Positions 19,883-30,663 of a DNA stretch of 64,000 bases are shown in pieces; position 1 is the first letter of the stretch; each line of letters begins with the position of its first letter. The position numbers and the translations under genes are program-made. Source of the DNA: an uncultured bacterium (GTDB lineage: Bacteria; Babelota; Babeliae; Babelales; Babelaceae); contig CAVRKK010000002.1 in the NCBI GenBank assembly GCA_963722385.1, positions 352,001-416,000 on the forward strand, in the 5' to 3' direction. Under the pieces are notes generated by a model. That model did no database searches. It saw only the letters and a list, made by a program, of their open reading frames with translations, and had not been told where the DNA came from.

Positions 19883-21334
19883 TTAGACAAATGCTTGACC
19901 GCACGTATCATCCGAGCACCATATTAGATCGTTATCGTTCGTTAACCGCATCAGTATAAAATCAGTATCCGCTAAACGCTTGGCATAACCGCCGATAATA
20001 ATTTTGCCATCGCTTTGTAAAGCAATATCAGTGGGCACCGTTGAAAAATGACCCTCTTTGTTGAGCAGCATAACACCAGGAATCGCGCCATGGGGATTAA
20101 AAGAAGAATCGAGTTCACCTGTTGCTGTATAGCGAGCAATCACGCTTATTATGTCTTGACCCAAAAACACCATGGCCGCAGCAAGGATCTTTTCATCAGG
20201 CTGTACAACGATAGCTTCTACTTGAGCAGGCCCTTCAGGAAGTGCCGTTACGACCATGCCCGGATTTTTGCCGAGAGCATTGAATGACCTATCGCGCGTG
20301 CCATTGCCCAAATAGCGAGCAATAACAAGGGCTGGCTTGCCATTCTCAATCGTAGAACCTGCCACCATAATATTCTCACCTTGGAGCGCAAGGGAGCGTG
20401 CGCTATCGTGACTACTCGCAAACGAATCGATTAAAATTCCTGGTTGTGGACCTAATGGGTGAAAGCTGCTGTCTAATTGGCCATCAGGAAGATAGCGAGC
20501 AATAAAGAATTTTTGTGGCTCAGTAAAGGTCCCCGCGACAAGCAATTTACCATCGGCTTGTACAACAAGGCCACTCATGCGATAAACGGCTATGATTTTT
20601 GGCGTTGCCCACGCTAATAAGCGATTACGAGTAGGACTGAGATTTTTTGGCATTTGATCGCTGCTTGGTAGCGTAAAGCGATAAATCAAAGTCCCCTGCT
20701 TTGCAAATGACGCATCAAGAGATCCGTCGCTATTGTAGCATACCAATGCTAAATTGCCATCGCTCATGCCAGCAACATAGGTCTTATTATTTTTGACGGC
20801 AACCTTATAGGCTACCTCGTCATGACTGCCTAAAGGCGTAAGAACTATACCATTCTTATTAAACGAAGGGTCGAGCGTACCTTGAGGGGTAAGACGCAAT
20901 GCAAAAAAATGCGTTGTTGCATTTATATGAGCAGCACCCACACCAATAATTTTTTCTTGATCATCCATCGCAATGCCAAAGCCTTCGGCGCCATCAACAC
21001 CTGCTGTTGCTAAAAACAGCCCCGGCACCCGACCATGAGCATTAAAAGTTGTATCGAGAACACCATTTGGTTCATAACAAGCAATGCTCAACGCAGCAAC
21101 TGATTGCTCATGAGTAGTTCCTAAAACACATATCCTATTTGCTTGGTTAATACTGAGCGAGTGGGCAGTATTTTCAAAGCTATTAAAATTTGAAGTGACA
21201 ATACCTTGATTGCCAAATGTTATATCAAGTTCACCATCATCAGCATTTGCGCGAATTAAGTTATCAAATAAGCAGCCAAGCATTACAAAAGATACATACG
21301 ATATTTTTAGGCGATAGCCGAGCTTAATATTCAT
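19883..21334 (-). CDS. Delta-60 repeat (DUF5122-like) beta-propeller secreted protein
   Basis: Repeats ARYLPDGQLDSSF and VQxDGKIxxAG; signal peptide followed by DGELD. Confidence 0.85.
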   Translation of the reverse strand: MNIKLGYRLKISYVSFVMLGCLFDNLIRANADDGELDITFGNQGIVTSNFNSFENTAHSLSINQANRICVLGTTHEQSVAALSIACYEPNGVLDTTFNAHGRVPGLFLATAGVDGAEGFGIAMDDQEKIIGVGAAHINATTHFFALRLTPQGTLDPSFNKNGIVLTPLGSHDEVAYKVAVKNNKTYVAGMSDGNLALVCYNSDGSLDASFAKQGTLIYRFTLPSSDQMPKNLSPTRNRLLAWATPKIIAVYRMSGLVVQADGKLLVAGTFTEPQKFFIARYLPDGQLDSSFHPLGPQPGILIDSFASSHDSARSLALQGENIMVAGSTIENGKPALVIARYLGNGTRDRSFNALGKNPGMVVTALPEGPAQVEAIVVQPDEKILAAAMVFLGQDIISVIARYTATGELDSSFNPHGAIPGVMLLNKEGHFSTVPTDIALQSDGKIIIGGYAKRLADTDFILMRLTNDNDLIWCSDDTCGQAFV

Positions 21335-21409
21335 TACTACCCTCGAAGCGTAGACAGTCCTTTACCTAGAGGATACCAAGATTTGGCAATGATACCAAGC
21401 ACAAGAAAA

Positions 21410-21443
21410 AACTGAATAACGCCAACACTGACGTTATTCAGTT
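21410..21443 (-). terminator. Intrinsic terminator
   Basis: AACTGAATAACG/CGTTATTCAGTT stem with T tract on minus strand. Confidence 0.6.
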
Positions 21444-21464
21444 CATTATAGATCAAAAAGCTTT

Positions 21465-21689
21465 CTAATCTTCTTCTTCCTCTTCTTCACAATAGCAGTG
21501 CTCATCTTCTTCTTCGCCTTCTTCCTGTTCTTCTTCTTCCTCTTCATTTTCTTCTTCATCTTCTTCGAGCAGCTCTAAAAGATAAAAGCGCAACTCATCA
21601 AGGCTTTCTTCAATATTACGTAGCGAGCTTACTGCTTGATAAAGCAGTTTAAGACCTTCATGGTCATGCTTGTGGTGATGATGGCACAT
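21465..21689 (-). CDS. Small protein (74 aa): Cys/His-rich N-terminus, helix, Glu-rich tail
   Basis: AAGGAG before ATG at 21689; MCHHHHKHDHE...EEEEEED. Confidence 0.65.
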   Translation of the reverse strand: MCHHHHKHDHEGLKLLYQAVSSLRNIEESLDELRFYLLELLEEDEEENEEEEEEQEEGEEEDEHCYCEEEEEED

Positions 21690-22148
21690 GGTCGTCTCCT
21701 TTTTATAAATACTATTATAAATCTGACTGTAATAAAGATAGCAATACTTTAATTCAAAATGCAATAATTATGAAAATTATGTAAATATGCACGATGGCAA
21801 GGCGATTTTCGCTATACTGCAATATTGCTTATGCGATAAACCCACGAGATTAAAAAATTGCTGCCCGCTTTTTTCTTCAAAGCATTGTGATTGAGCTCGT
21901 TTTTAGCAATGTTTAATCAACATTAATAATGCAAGAAAAAAAATATTTTTTTCACGACTATGTTCAAACGTTATTTAAATACTTGAACAAAACCAAAGAA
22001 TGTCTATACTAAAAATATAATTATTAGAAGATGTAATAAAAAAAACAATTTATTGGACTGTTATTTATTTTCTAGAAAGGTATCAAGCAAACAATTCATT
22101 ATCTATTTAAATTTCTATTTAATATACATAGCCAACAAGTGAGAATTT

Positions 22149-22868
22149 ATGAATATTCTTAAAAAATCAATCGCTGTATTCTTCGCTGCTGTATGCGTAA
22201 CCAATCTTTCTGCTAAAAATAAAAATTTTGATGCAGAGAACAAAATAAGTGAGCTTGCTGAATCATCCATCGTCAAAATGCCACGCAAGACACATACACG
22301 GCGCGTTTTGCATGAAATAAGCAGAACACAAAGGAAAACACGGAAAGCAATGAAGCGTTATTTGTCTGCTGCTTCTGGTTACGGCATTAACCATGCGAGA
22401 ACCAAGCGTGCTCAGCATGCTGTTGATGAGACAGCCACTGATTACTGCGAATTGCTTCGTGACATCAGTGAGCGTGTTGAAGAAGGCTCAATGTCATTGC
22501 CATCATTCAAAAGCATTCATGGCATCGAGCTCGTCGCCTTAAAAGGCATGGCACCAAGTAAGCTATGGCCTACGTTAGGTGGTGCCGGACTCGGTTTCCT
22601 TGGGGGCGCAGGACTTGGCGCGGCTTTCAAATATTTCTTCGTGCCAACACTGGTTCCCTTTAATATAACGGCTTTACCTGTCTATGCTACTTATGCACTT
22701 ACCGCAGGCGTTGCTGGTGCTGTTTTGGGTGGTATTTGCGGTCTTGTCGGCGCTTGCATTGGTCGAGCATCAGTTGATGAAGAATCACTTGAACAAGCAG
22801 AAGAATATCTTGAAGCAGTCACCGAAAAAATCACGGCTGCTGAAAATGCTATTACAGCATATCTCTAA
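22149..22868 (+). CDS. Secreted/membrane protein with glycine-zipper helices
   Basis: Signal peptide; GGAGLGFLGGAGLGAA and GVAGAVLGGICGLVG segments. Confidence 0.8.
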   Translation: MNILKKSIAVFFAAVCVTNLSAKNKNFDAENKISELAESSIVKMPRKTHTRRVLHEISRTQRKTRKAMKRYLSAASGYGINHARTKRAQHAVDETATDYCELLRDISERVEEGSMSLPSFKSIHGIELVALKGMAPSKLWPTLGGAGLGFLGGAGLGAAFKYFFVPTLVPFNITALPVYATYALTAGVAGAVLGGICGLVGACIGRASVDEESLEQAEEYLEAVTEKITAAENAITAYL

Positions 22869-22876
22869 ATCTAATT

Positions 22877-22901
22877 GCTGGAAGGGCTCTGCCCTTCCAG
22901 C
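22877..22901. terminator. Hairpin between convergent genes
   Basis: GCTGGAAGGGC/GCCCTTCCAGC. Confidence 0.65.
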
Positions 22902-22942
22902 CCCTTTGCTAAGATCTCTTCTTGAAATTATACAAGAAATTT

Positions 22943-25900
22943 TTATAACTCTTGCCCTACCGCTATCGTTTCCATTTCCGGCGAGTAATTAACACTGCCT
23001 ATACCATGATGGCGAGCGAAATATTTCCAGGCAAAATAAGCGGCTATGCCAATTACCACAGCACCAGTCAGAGCACCAACGCCAGCGATAATAGGCCCTA
23101 CAATGATACCAATGTTTGTAGAGCTACCACTGCCATCACCCGAATATCCTCCTGTGCTACTTGCTCCAAAAATTTGGGAAATTGATACATCGTCAGAATA
23201 AAAGTTAGCAGTAGCAAGGAGAGAATTACCTGTATCAGATAAAATAGGAGAAAAAGCTATTGATACACAGTATGTTGAATTTCCTGGCAATATATGTGTT
23301 GTTCGATTGCCTAAAATGGCGTCTTTTGAAAACTCAATAAGAGCAACGGTATCAGAACCGCTATTGCTTGCAGCAAGGAAAGAACCATCGGCTGACAGGC
23401 CTATAGATCCTGGCTGGGCATTGCCTTGGGCAATTTGGCGTGATTGCCCTTCTGATAAAGCGCCATTTATAATCGCAAAAAGAGTAATATCATCAGAACC
23501 ACTGTTTGCAGCAACAACAACGGTGTTTCCATTATTATCTACGAAAGAAACAACTGAACTAGGAACTGATGATCCTTTTGGTATTGGCTTCGACATACTA
23601 TTGCTCAGTACACCATTTGTTAATTCAAAAAGTGTTATATCATATGATTTGGCATTGGCCGTAACGAGGTAGCTATTGTCTGGCGTGAAGGTTAACGCTA
23701 CGGGCTGAGTCGAGTTAGCTTGGTAAGCGGTATGAAAGAGGGTTATTGAGAGCCCCTGCTATAAAGTTAAAAAGAGTAACATCATTTGAGCCGCTGTTAG
23801 CTGTCGCAAGGTAGCTATCATCTGAAGAAAAGGCAACGGCATGAGGGTTTATAGAGCTACTTGGTAAAGGATAAGAGGTCGCTCCTTGTAGTTGGCCTAT
23901 TGATACTTTAAAAAGAGTAACATCACTTGAGTTGCTGTTTGCCGTTGCAAGATAAGTACTGTTTGATGAAAATGTAATTCCTACAGGACCAAGTGAACCT
24001 ACTGGCAGCGGATAGGACACACCAGGAAATAAAGGTGCTGTAAAATTGCCTGTGTTTACTTGAAAAAGCGTTGCGTCATTTGAGTTATAGTTTGCTGTTG
24101 CTAAGTACTGTTCATTGTCCGAAAATGCTATTGCTGCTGGATTTTGGGATTCTGGAGGTAATGGTACAGATACGAGTGAAGTTGAAAAGGTGCCACAATT
24201 AAATATCGTTACTATATACGGATTATTATTGTTGGCAGTAGCAAGATATAAGCTGTTTGGCGAAAATGCTACCGAAGCAGGACAACTATAGCCGCCAGGA
24301 AAGCATAGGAAGCTGGTCTTGTTAGAACACCTCCTGCCGCTACATTAAAAAGTGTTACTGAGAAGAGTTTTCATTAGCAATGGCAAGATGTAACCCGTCA
24401 GGTGAAAAGGCTACCGATTGAGGGTTGCTAAAACCGCTTGGTAACGCATATGACACTGCTCCCGACAACACTCCTCCTACTCCAATCTGGAATATTGTTA
24501 CATCATTTGAGAATATATTAGCGATAGCAAGATATAACCATCAGGCGAAAAGGCTACTGAGTATGGAGAACTAGAGCCGCTGGTAATGCATATGATATTG
24601 CTCCCGATAATACGCCCCCTGCTCCCAACCTGGAATAGTGTTACATCATTTGAGCCGTTATTAGCGGTGGCAAGATAGGACCCATCTGGTGAGAATGCTA
24701 CTGAGATAGCGATCGTCTGAACTGGAAGGCAATGCATAAGTTACAGCTCCCGATAATATTCCTCCTGCATCCTACTTGAAACATTGTTACGTCATTTGTG
24801 CCTGGGGTGGCAATAGCAAGATATAAACCATTGGGAGAAAATGCTACTGAAGCATGGGCTCGAACTAGAGCCGCTCGGTAATGACATATGAGATTGCTTG
24901 CGATAATACTCCTCCTGATCCTACTTGAAATATTGTTACGTCGTTCGAGAATATAATTAGCAGTAGCAAGATACGATCCATTAGGTGAAAATGCTACTGA
25001 GAAAGGATGTGTAGAACCGAGGGTAATGCATACGAAGTCCATTCCTGATGATACTCCTCCAGCTCCTACCGTGAAATATAGTTATATCATTTGAATAGAA
25101 ATTAGCAGTAGCAAGATATGAGCCATTAGGTGAAAATGCTATTGATCGAGGATCGATAGGACCGTTCGGTAATGCATATGAAGTTGCTCCTGATAATGCT
25201 CCTCCTACACCTACCTGAAATACCGTTACATCATTTGAACCATTAGCGGTAGCAAGATAAGCCCCATCAGGTGAAAAAGCTACTGAATTAAGGGTATAAG
25301 AACCGCTTGGTAATGCATAAGAAGTTCCCTCTGATAGCACACCTCCGGCTCCTACTTGAAATACCGTTACATCATTCGACAAATTAGCGGTAGCAAGATA
25401 AGCCCCATCAGGTGAAAAAGCTACTGAATTAAGGGTATAAGAATCGCTTGGTAATGCGTATGATGTTCCCCCTGATAGCGCTCCTTCCGCTCCTACTTGA
25501 AATATCGTTACATTATCTGAACCATAATTAGCAGTAGCAAGATAGGATCCATCAGGTGAAAATGCTACTGATTGAGGGTAGAAAGAAACACTTGGTAATG
25601 CATAAGAAGTTCCCTCTGATAGCACACCTCCTACACCTACCTGAAACAATGTTACATCACTAGAGTTATAATTACCTGTAGCAAGATATGATCCATTAGG
25701 TGAAAACGCTATTGAAGTAGGATTAATAGAGCCGCTCGGCATGACATATGAGATTGCTTGCGATAATACTCCTCCTGATCCAATTTGAAATATTGTTACG
25801 TCGTTCGAGTTACAATTAGCAGTAGCAAGATACGATCCATTAGGTGAAAACGCTACTGAGAAAGGATTGATAGAACCGCTTGGTAATGCATACGAAACCG

Positions 25901-26276
25901 CTCCCGATAATACTCCTCCTGATCCAATCTGAAATATAGTTATATCATTTGAATAGAAATTAGCAGTAGCAAGATATGAGCCATTAGGTGAAAACGCTAC
26001 TGACTCAGGACCACTAGAACCAAGGGGTAACGTATATGAATTTTGGCTACTTAGCACACCTCCACTTCCTATCGTAAAGAATGTTATACTAGCTGAGCCA
26101 CTGTTAGCTGTTGCTATGTAAGATCCATCAGGGGAAAATGCTACTGAAATTGGATTTAATTGAGCAAGTGAAGCATAACTTGTGCCTGTAAGCCTGCAGA
26201 GAGCAGATACCTTAGCAGCGACTAAAAAGAAAACCGCTAACAAAAAAAAGAGGTATTTATTGTAATACAGAGCCAT
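22943..26276 (-). pseudogene. Frameshifted beta-propeller paralog of 1003..4278 (pseudogene or uncorrected sequence errors)
   Basis: Five ORF pieces are collinear with the intact paralog (LCRLTGTSYAS ... GSVNY...EL); indels at about 23715 and 24290-25080. Confidence 0.75.
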
Positions 26277-26498
26277 CTCATTTCTCCCTTTGAATTTTTA
26301 AACGATTCTATTTTACAAAGGATTTTAGTCAAAGTCAATTTGAGCAAATAAGCTTTTTCCCCAATTAGATGATTGTCAAAAATCCATCGCCTTCAGGCCG
26401 AAAGTGATGATACGACAATACCGAATAGGACCTTATACAAAAAACTTGGTACAGAATAGCTCAGCAATAATTCACAATGCACTTACCAAGAATTTGCG

Positions 26499-26528
26499 TT
26501 GACAAAAATGACGGCCCGGCCGTAAGCT
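26499..26528 (+). promoter_or_regulatory. Putative sigma70 promoter for zwf-gnd
   Basis: TTGACA-18 nt-TAAGCT about 40 nt before start. Confidence 0.4.
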
Positions 26529-26567
26529 ATCTTTATTTACAATTACTTTTATCAACATAGGCATATC

Positions 26568-27947
26568 GTGAATACACCACAGTGGACATTGTTGCTTTTT
26601 GGCATGACGGGCGACCTGAGTAGGCACAAAATCATTCCAGCCTTGTATGGGCTTATTCGAAAAAATGCTCCTATTGGGCTTATTATCGGCACGGGCCGCG
26701 AGGAGGTTTCGGTTGCCGAGATACTGGAGCCCGCGCGCGCGTTTATCGATAATTTTGATGAAAATACTTGGCGACAATTTGTTGAGCTTATACGATATCA
26801 GCCCTTAAGCGCGGACAAGAGTGCTGACTATGATGCCCTTGCAAAGCTTTGTAACGATGAGCAACAAAAGCGAGGCTTAACCAATAGCCCTCGCTTGGTC
26901 TACTTAGCAGTACCGGCTGACTTTTTTTGTACTATTACCGAAAATCTTGTAAAGGCCAACGTAATACTTCCTCACCATCCTGAGCACCGCATCGCGTATG
27001 AAAAGCCTTTTGGCTGGAGCTTGGCATCTGCTATGAGCATTAACCAATGCGTTAAAAAATTTCTTGCCGAAACGCAGGTTTTTCGCATAGATCATTATTT
27101 AGCTAAAGACTTTGTCAGCAATCTCTTGCTCACCCGCTACTCAAATACACTCTTTAAAGCTGTCTGGAATAATACCTATCTTGAGGCGGTCAAGATATTC
27201 TTTGACGAAACAGGCGGCGTTGAAGGCCGGGGTGGCTTTTATGACCATTATGGTGCTCTCCGTGACGTTATGCAAAATCATGTCTTACAAATTTTAGCCA
27301 TGGTAACGATGGACAGCCCGACATCACTTGATAGCGAAGCAATTCGTGACAAAAAAGCTGAAATTCTCCATGCGGTACGCATCGTTAACGGCGTGCTTGG
27401 CCAATATGAAGGCTATCTGGATGAGCCTGGTGTCAAACCAGCATCACAAACCGAAACGTATGCGGCACTTAAGCTCTTTATCGATCACCCACGATGGTAT
27501 GGTGTACCATTTTACCTTGAGACCGGAAAAAAAATGGCACGTAAAACAACAGAAGTCCAGCTTATTCTAAAGCCTGTTGATCATTGTCCGTGGAGTGACG
27601 ATGGCATATGTACCGCTAACATGCTCACCATACGCATTAATCCCCAGGAAGGGATTTCATTGCAGGTTAATACAAAAAAGCCAGGGTCAACACACCACAC
27701 AACAACGGTCAATCTTAATTTTACGTATGCAGCAACCTTTGGTCCGATAAGCTCACAAGCATATGAAGTAATACTCCAAGAAATAATCACGGGGCAGCAA
27801 TACTCAGCGGTACGCTTTGACGAAATCGAGTATCAATGGGACATTATTGAAAAAGCATATGCTCTCAACCTCCCTGTCTGCACCTATCCTGTAGGTTCTC
27901 TTGGCCCACAACAGGGCCAGGCGCTTATGAACGAAAGGAGCGCATAA
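26568..27947 (+). CDS. zwf: Glucose-6-phosphate dehydrogenase
   Basis: GMTGDLS, EKPFG, RIDHYLAK, DVMQNH motifs. Confidence 0.95.
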   Translation: MNTPQWTLLLFGMTGDLSRHKIIPALYGLIRKNAPIGLIIGTGREEVSVAEILEPARAFIDNFDENTWRQFVELIRYQPLSADKSADYDALAKLCNDEQQKRGLTNSPRLVYLAVPADFFCTITENLVKANVILPHHPEHRIAYEKPFGWSLASAMSINQCVKKFLAETQVFRIDHYLAKDFVSNLLLTRYSNTLFKAVWNNTYLEAVKIFFDETGGVEGRGGFYDHYGALRDVMQNHVLQILAMVTMDSPTSLDSEAIRDKKAEILHAVRIVNGVLGQYEGYLDEPGVKPASQTETYAALKLFIDHPRWYGVPFYLETGKKMARKTTEVQLILKPVDHCPWSDDGICTANMLTIRINPQEGISLQVNTKKPGSTHHTTTVNLNFTYAATFGPISSQAYEVILQEIITGQQYSAVRFDEIEYQWDIIEKAYALNLPVCTYPVGSLGPQQGQALMNERSA

Positions 27948-28915
27948 TGGTCGGCTTGATCGGTTTAGGTCGCATGGGTCAATCTATAGCGGCGCGCCTT
28001 CTTTACGGAGGTTTTGACGTCATTGGTTACGATAAGTATCCCCCACAAGAACTCGATACCAACATACCGGGCGAATCTCGCAGCAAGCAGGCCCATTTTA
28101 TTCAAGCTACGAGCATCGAAGAGCTTGCCCATAAGGCCACGCTCATATGGCTTATGGTACCTGCAGGCAAGCCAGTCGACGATGTCATTCAAGAAATACA
28201 TCCGCATATCGTGCAGAAAGATAAAGAGCAGCGAGCGGTAATTGTTGACGGCGGGAACAGCTTTTTTAAGGATTCGCTTCGCCGCTTTGCATTTTTAAAG
28301 CAACAGGGCATTGAATTTGTTGATTGCGGCACATCGGGCGGTCTTCATGGACGCATGCATGGGTTTTGCCTCATGGTTGGGGGCACCCACGAAAGCTACC
28401 TCAAGTGCGAGCCGGTGCTGCGCGCTCTTGCAGCCAAGAATGGGCATGCGCATGTTGGGCCCGCAGGAGCTGGCCATTACGTGAAGATGGTACATAATGG
28501 CATTGAATATGCCTTACTCCAGGCCTACGCGGAAGGCTTTCAGATTTTGAAAGAAGGACATTACAAAAATCTCGATTTAGCAAATATAGCCGATCTGTGG
28601 AATCATGGGAGTATTATCAGGTCATGGATATTAACATTGACAGAAGAAATCTTTCAGCAGAATCAGGAACTTGAACATGTTGTTGGCACCATTCAGGAAA
28701 GCGGAACCGGCTTATGGACCGTCGAGGAGGCCAAAGAGCAGGCAATTCCCGTTCCGGTTATTGAACAAGCGCTGCACATTAGAGCCGAATCACGAAGAAC
28801 GGGCGGCACGTATGCAACCAAATTAGTATCGCTGTTACGCCAAGCGTTTGGTGGTCACGCGGTAACTTTTGTTTCAGACAAGATGCAAGCCACGAGGAAA
28901 CCAGATAACGAGTAG
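27947..28915 (+). CDS. gnd: 6-phosphogluconate dehydrogenase (short GntZ/YqeC type)
   Basis: IGLGRMG, DGGNS, GHYVKMVHNGIEY, FGGH. Confidence 0.93.
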   Translation: MVGLIGLGRMGQSIAARLLYGGFDVIGYDKYPPQELDTNIPGESRSKQAHFIQATSIEELAHKATLIWLMVPAGKPVDDVIQEIHPHIVQKDKEQRAVIVDGGNSFFKDSLRRFAFLKQQGIEFVDCGTSGGLHGRMHGFCLMVGGTHESYLKCEPVLRALAAKNGHAHVGPAGAGHYVKMVHNGIEYALLQAYAEGFQILKEGHYKNLDLANIADLWNHGSIIRSWILTLTEEIFQQNQELEHVVGTIQESGTGLWTVEEAKEQAIPVPVIEQALHIRAESRRTGGTYATKLVSLLRQAFGGHAVTFVSDKMQATRKPDNE

Positions 28916-28919
28916 CATT

Positions 28920-30062
28920 ATGCTGAACTTGAAAAAAACGGTACTTTTGCTCTGCTGGGCAAGCGCCTGGTTTGGGCTTAGTGAGTATGCCCAAGGAGTT
29001 CATGACAAAAAAAAGCTTACCTTGCTCATCTATATGGCAGATGATGAGCAAGCACATCCCTACATCGGATTTAGCTGGCGCCAACTTGAGCTTGAGGGAG
29101 CGCCCAAGCGCATGAACGTGTTGGTCTTTGCCGTCAGGCAAAAGGAAAATAAGTACGTTGCCTCGCCATACATACTGCAAGGGCATCAGCTCATTGAGGA
29201 CCAAAAGCGCGCAGCAACCGCGCTAACCGAAAAAGACATGCTCGCTCACGCGTTAGCATGGGCAAGAACATTCAGCGCTGAGCGATATGGCCTCATACTG
29301 TGGAGCCATTACTCGTCTCCTAGCTCGCAAGATAGTACGGCGGGTATACGACTCGGGCCACAGCGCTTTCTTGCAAGTAAAACCCTCGCCGAAGCCTTGA
29401 CCCTTCGCTCCCTTGATTTCATTGGACTTGATGCATGTTCAACGGCAACCGTTGAGCTTGCTTGTACGCTCAAGCCTTATACACGCTACCTCATCGCTGG
29501 TGGTCCCGGCCAACGGGAAGCCCATTGGCCTTATCACTGGCTGCTTAAGGTCTTTAAGGCGGGTGCAAAAGAAGTGCGCCCATGGGCGCGTTCGCTCGTA
29601 AAAGCATATTCTGCTTATTATAGCCCATTACTTGACGAGTACAGTCTAGCGCTTTTTGATATGGAGCTGCTTGAGCTATTACTTGAGAACATTAACCATA
29701 TCGGCTCCAACCTGTACGAGCTTTTAACAAGCACCTCGCGCAATAAAGCGCGACAAGCACTTGTGAAATCGATCAAAAGCGTATCTTGGAAAGGAAGTGC
29801 TTATGGTGACCTCGTAAATTGGTATAGGCAACTGCTTGCCAGTAATCTGGCGGGTACGTCGTTGCAGTCGCGAATTGCCCAGGGACTTGAGTTAGCCAAG
29901 CAGTTCATACTTGAATCAGCGCGACCTCCAGGGCTTTTTAAGCAAGGACTCGGTATATTTTTTGGCCAAGCACGTAATTACCAGGAATCATGTTCGCAGA
30001 GCGATAAGCGTTGGGAAAACTTTTTAAAGGCGTTAGATTATGATGAAAATTATCGACATTAG
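28920..30062 (+). CDS. Clostripain-like (C11) cysteine peptidase, secreted
   Basis: LLIYMADD, YGLILWSH, GLDAC motifs; signal peptide from ATG 28920. Confidence 0.7.
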   Translation: MLNLKKTVLLLCWASAWFGLSEYAQGVHDKKKLTLLIYMADDEQAHPYIGFSWRQLELEGAPKRMNVLVFAVRQKENKYVASPYILQGHQLIEDQKRAATALTEKDMLAHALAWARTFSAERYGLILWSHYSSPSSQDSTAGIRLGPQRFLASKTLAEALTLRSLDFIGLDACSTATVELACTLKPYTRYLIAGGPGQREAHWPYHWLLKVFKAGAKEVRPWARSLVKAYSAYYSPLLDEYSLALFDMELLELLLENINHIGSNLYELLTSTSRNKARQALVKSIKSVSWKGSAYGDLVNWYRQLLASNLAGTSLQSRIAQGLELAKQFILESARPPGLFKQGLGIFFGQARNYQESCSQSDKRWENFLKALDYDENYRH

Positions 30063-30663
30063 TTGGCCGCTTATAAGCGGCATAACAACGTACAAAAATA
30101 AAGAGGACTTTGTTGCTTATCCTTTAAAAGAATGGCAAAAGGACGGCTTTAGGGAGTCGCGACTTGTATGCGGCGCTCATGTCGGCACCCACATTGATGC
30201 TCCTTCCCATTTTATTCAGGATGGCGTATCTATTGATAGCATTAGTCTGAACCAATTATGTGGCCCTTGCATTGTTCTTGATATGACGCAGGTCAAAGAC
30301 GCCATTACAGCGCAGGATCTTGAGAAGCATGAACTCAAGGCCCCGCGCGTGCTCTTTAAGACACGCAATAGCAAACTGGCACCCATAGACCCGTTTGATC
30401 CGGACTTTATTTATCTTGATGCGTCAGGCGCTGCCTATTTGCAAGCAAAGAAGATCGTGGCGGTGGGTATCGATTATTTGGGGATCGAGCGCCAACAGCA
30501 AGATCATCCTACGCATCGTTCACTTTTTAACGCAGGAATCGTCATTATTGAGGGACTTCGTTTGACTGATGTGGAACCGGGATTGTATACGCTTATCTGT
30601 TTACCCTTGGCGTTAGTTGGCGTTGAAGCAGCGCCCGCTCGCGCCGTGTTATTACCGGCGTAA
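30043..30663 (+). CDS. Cyclase family / kynurenine formamidase-like metallohydrolase
   Basis: HVGTHIDAPSHF, VGIDYL, IIEGL, AAPARA. Confidence 0.88.
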   Translation: MKIIDISWPLISGITTYKNKEDFVAYPLKEWQKDGFRESRLVCGAHVGTHIDAPSHFIQDGVSIDSISLNQLCGPCIVLDMTQVKDAITAQDLEKHELKAPRVLFKTRNSKLAPIDPFDPDFIYLDASGAAYLQAKKIVAVGIDYLGIERQQQDHPTHRSLFNAGIVIIEGLRLTDVEPGLYTLICLPLALVGVEAAPARAVLLPA

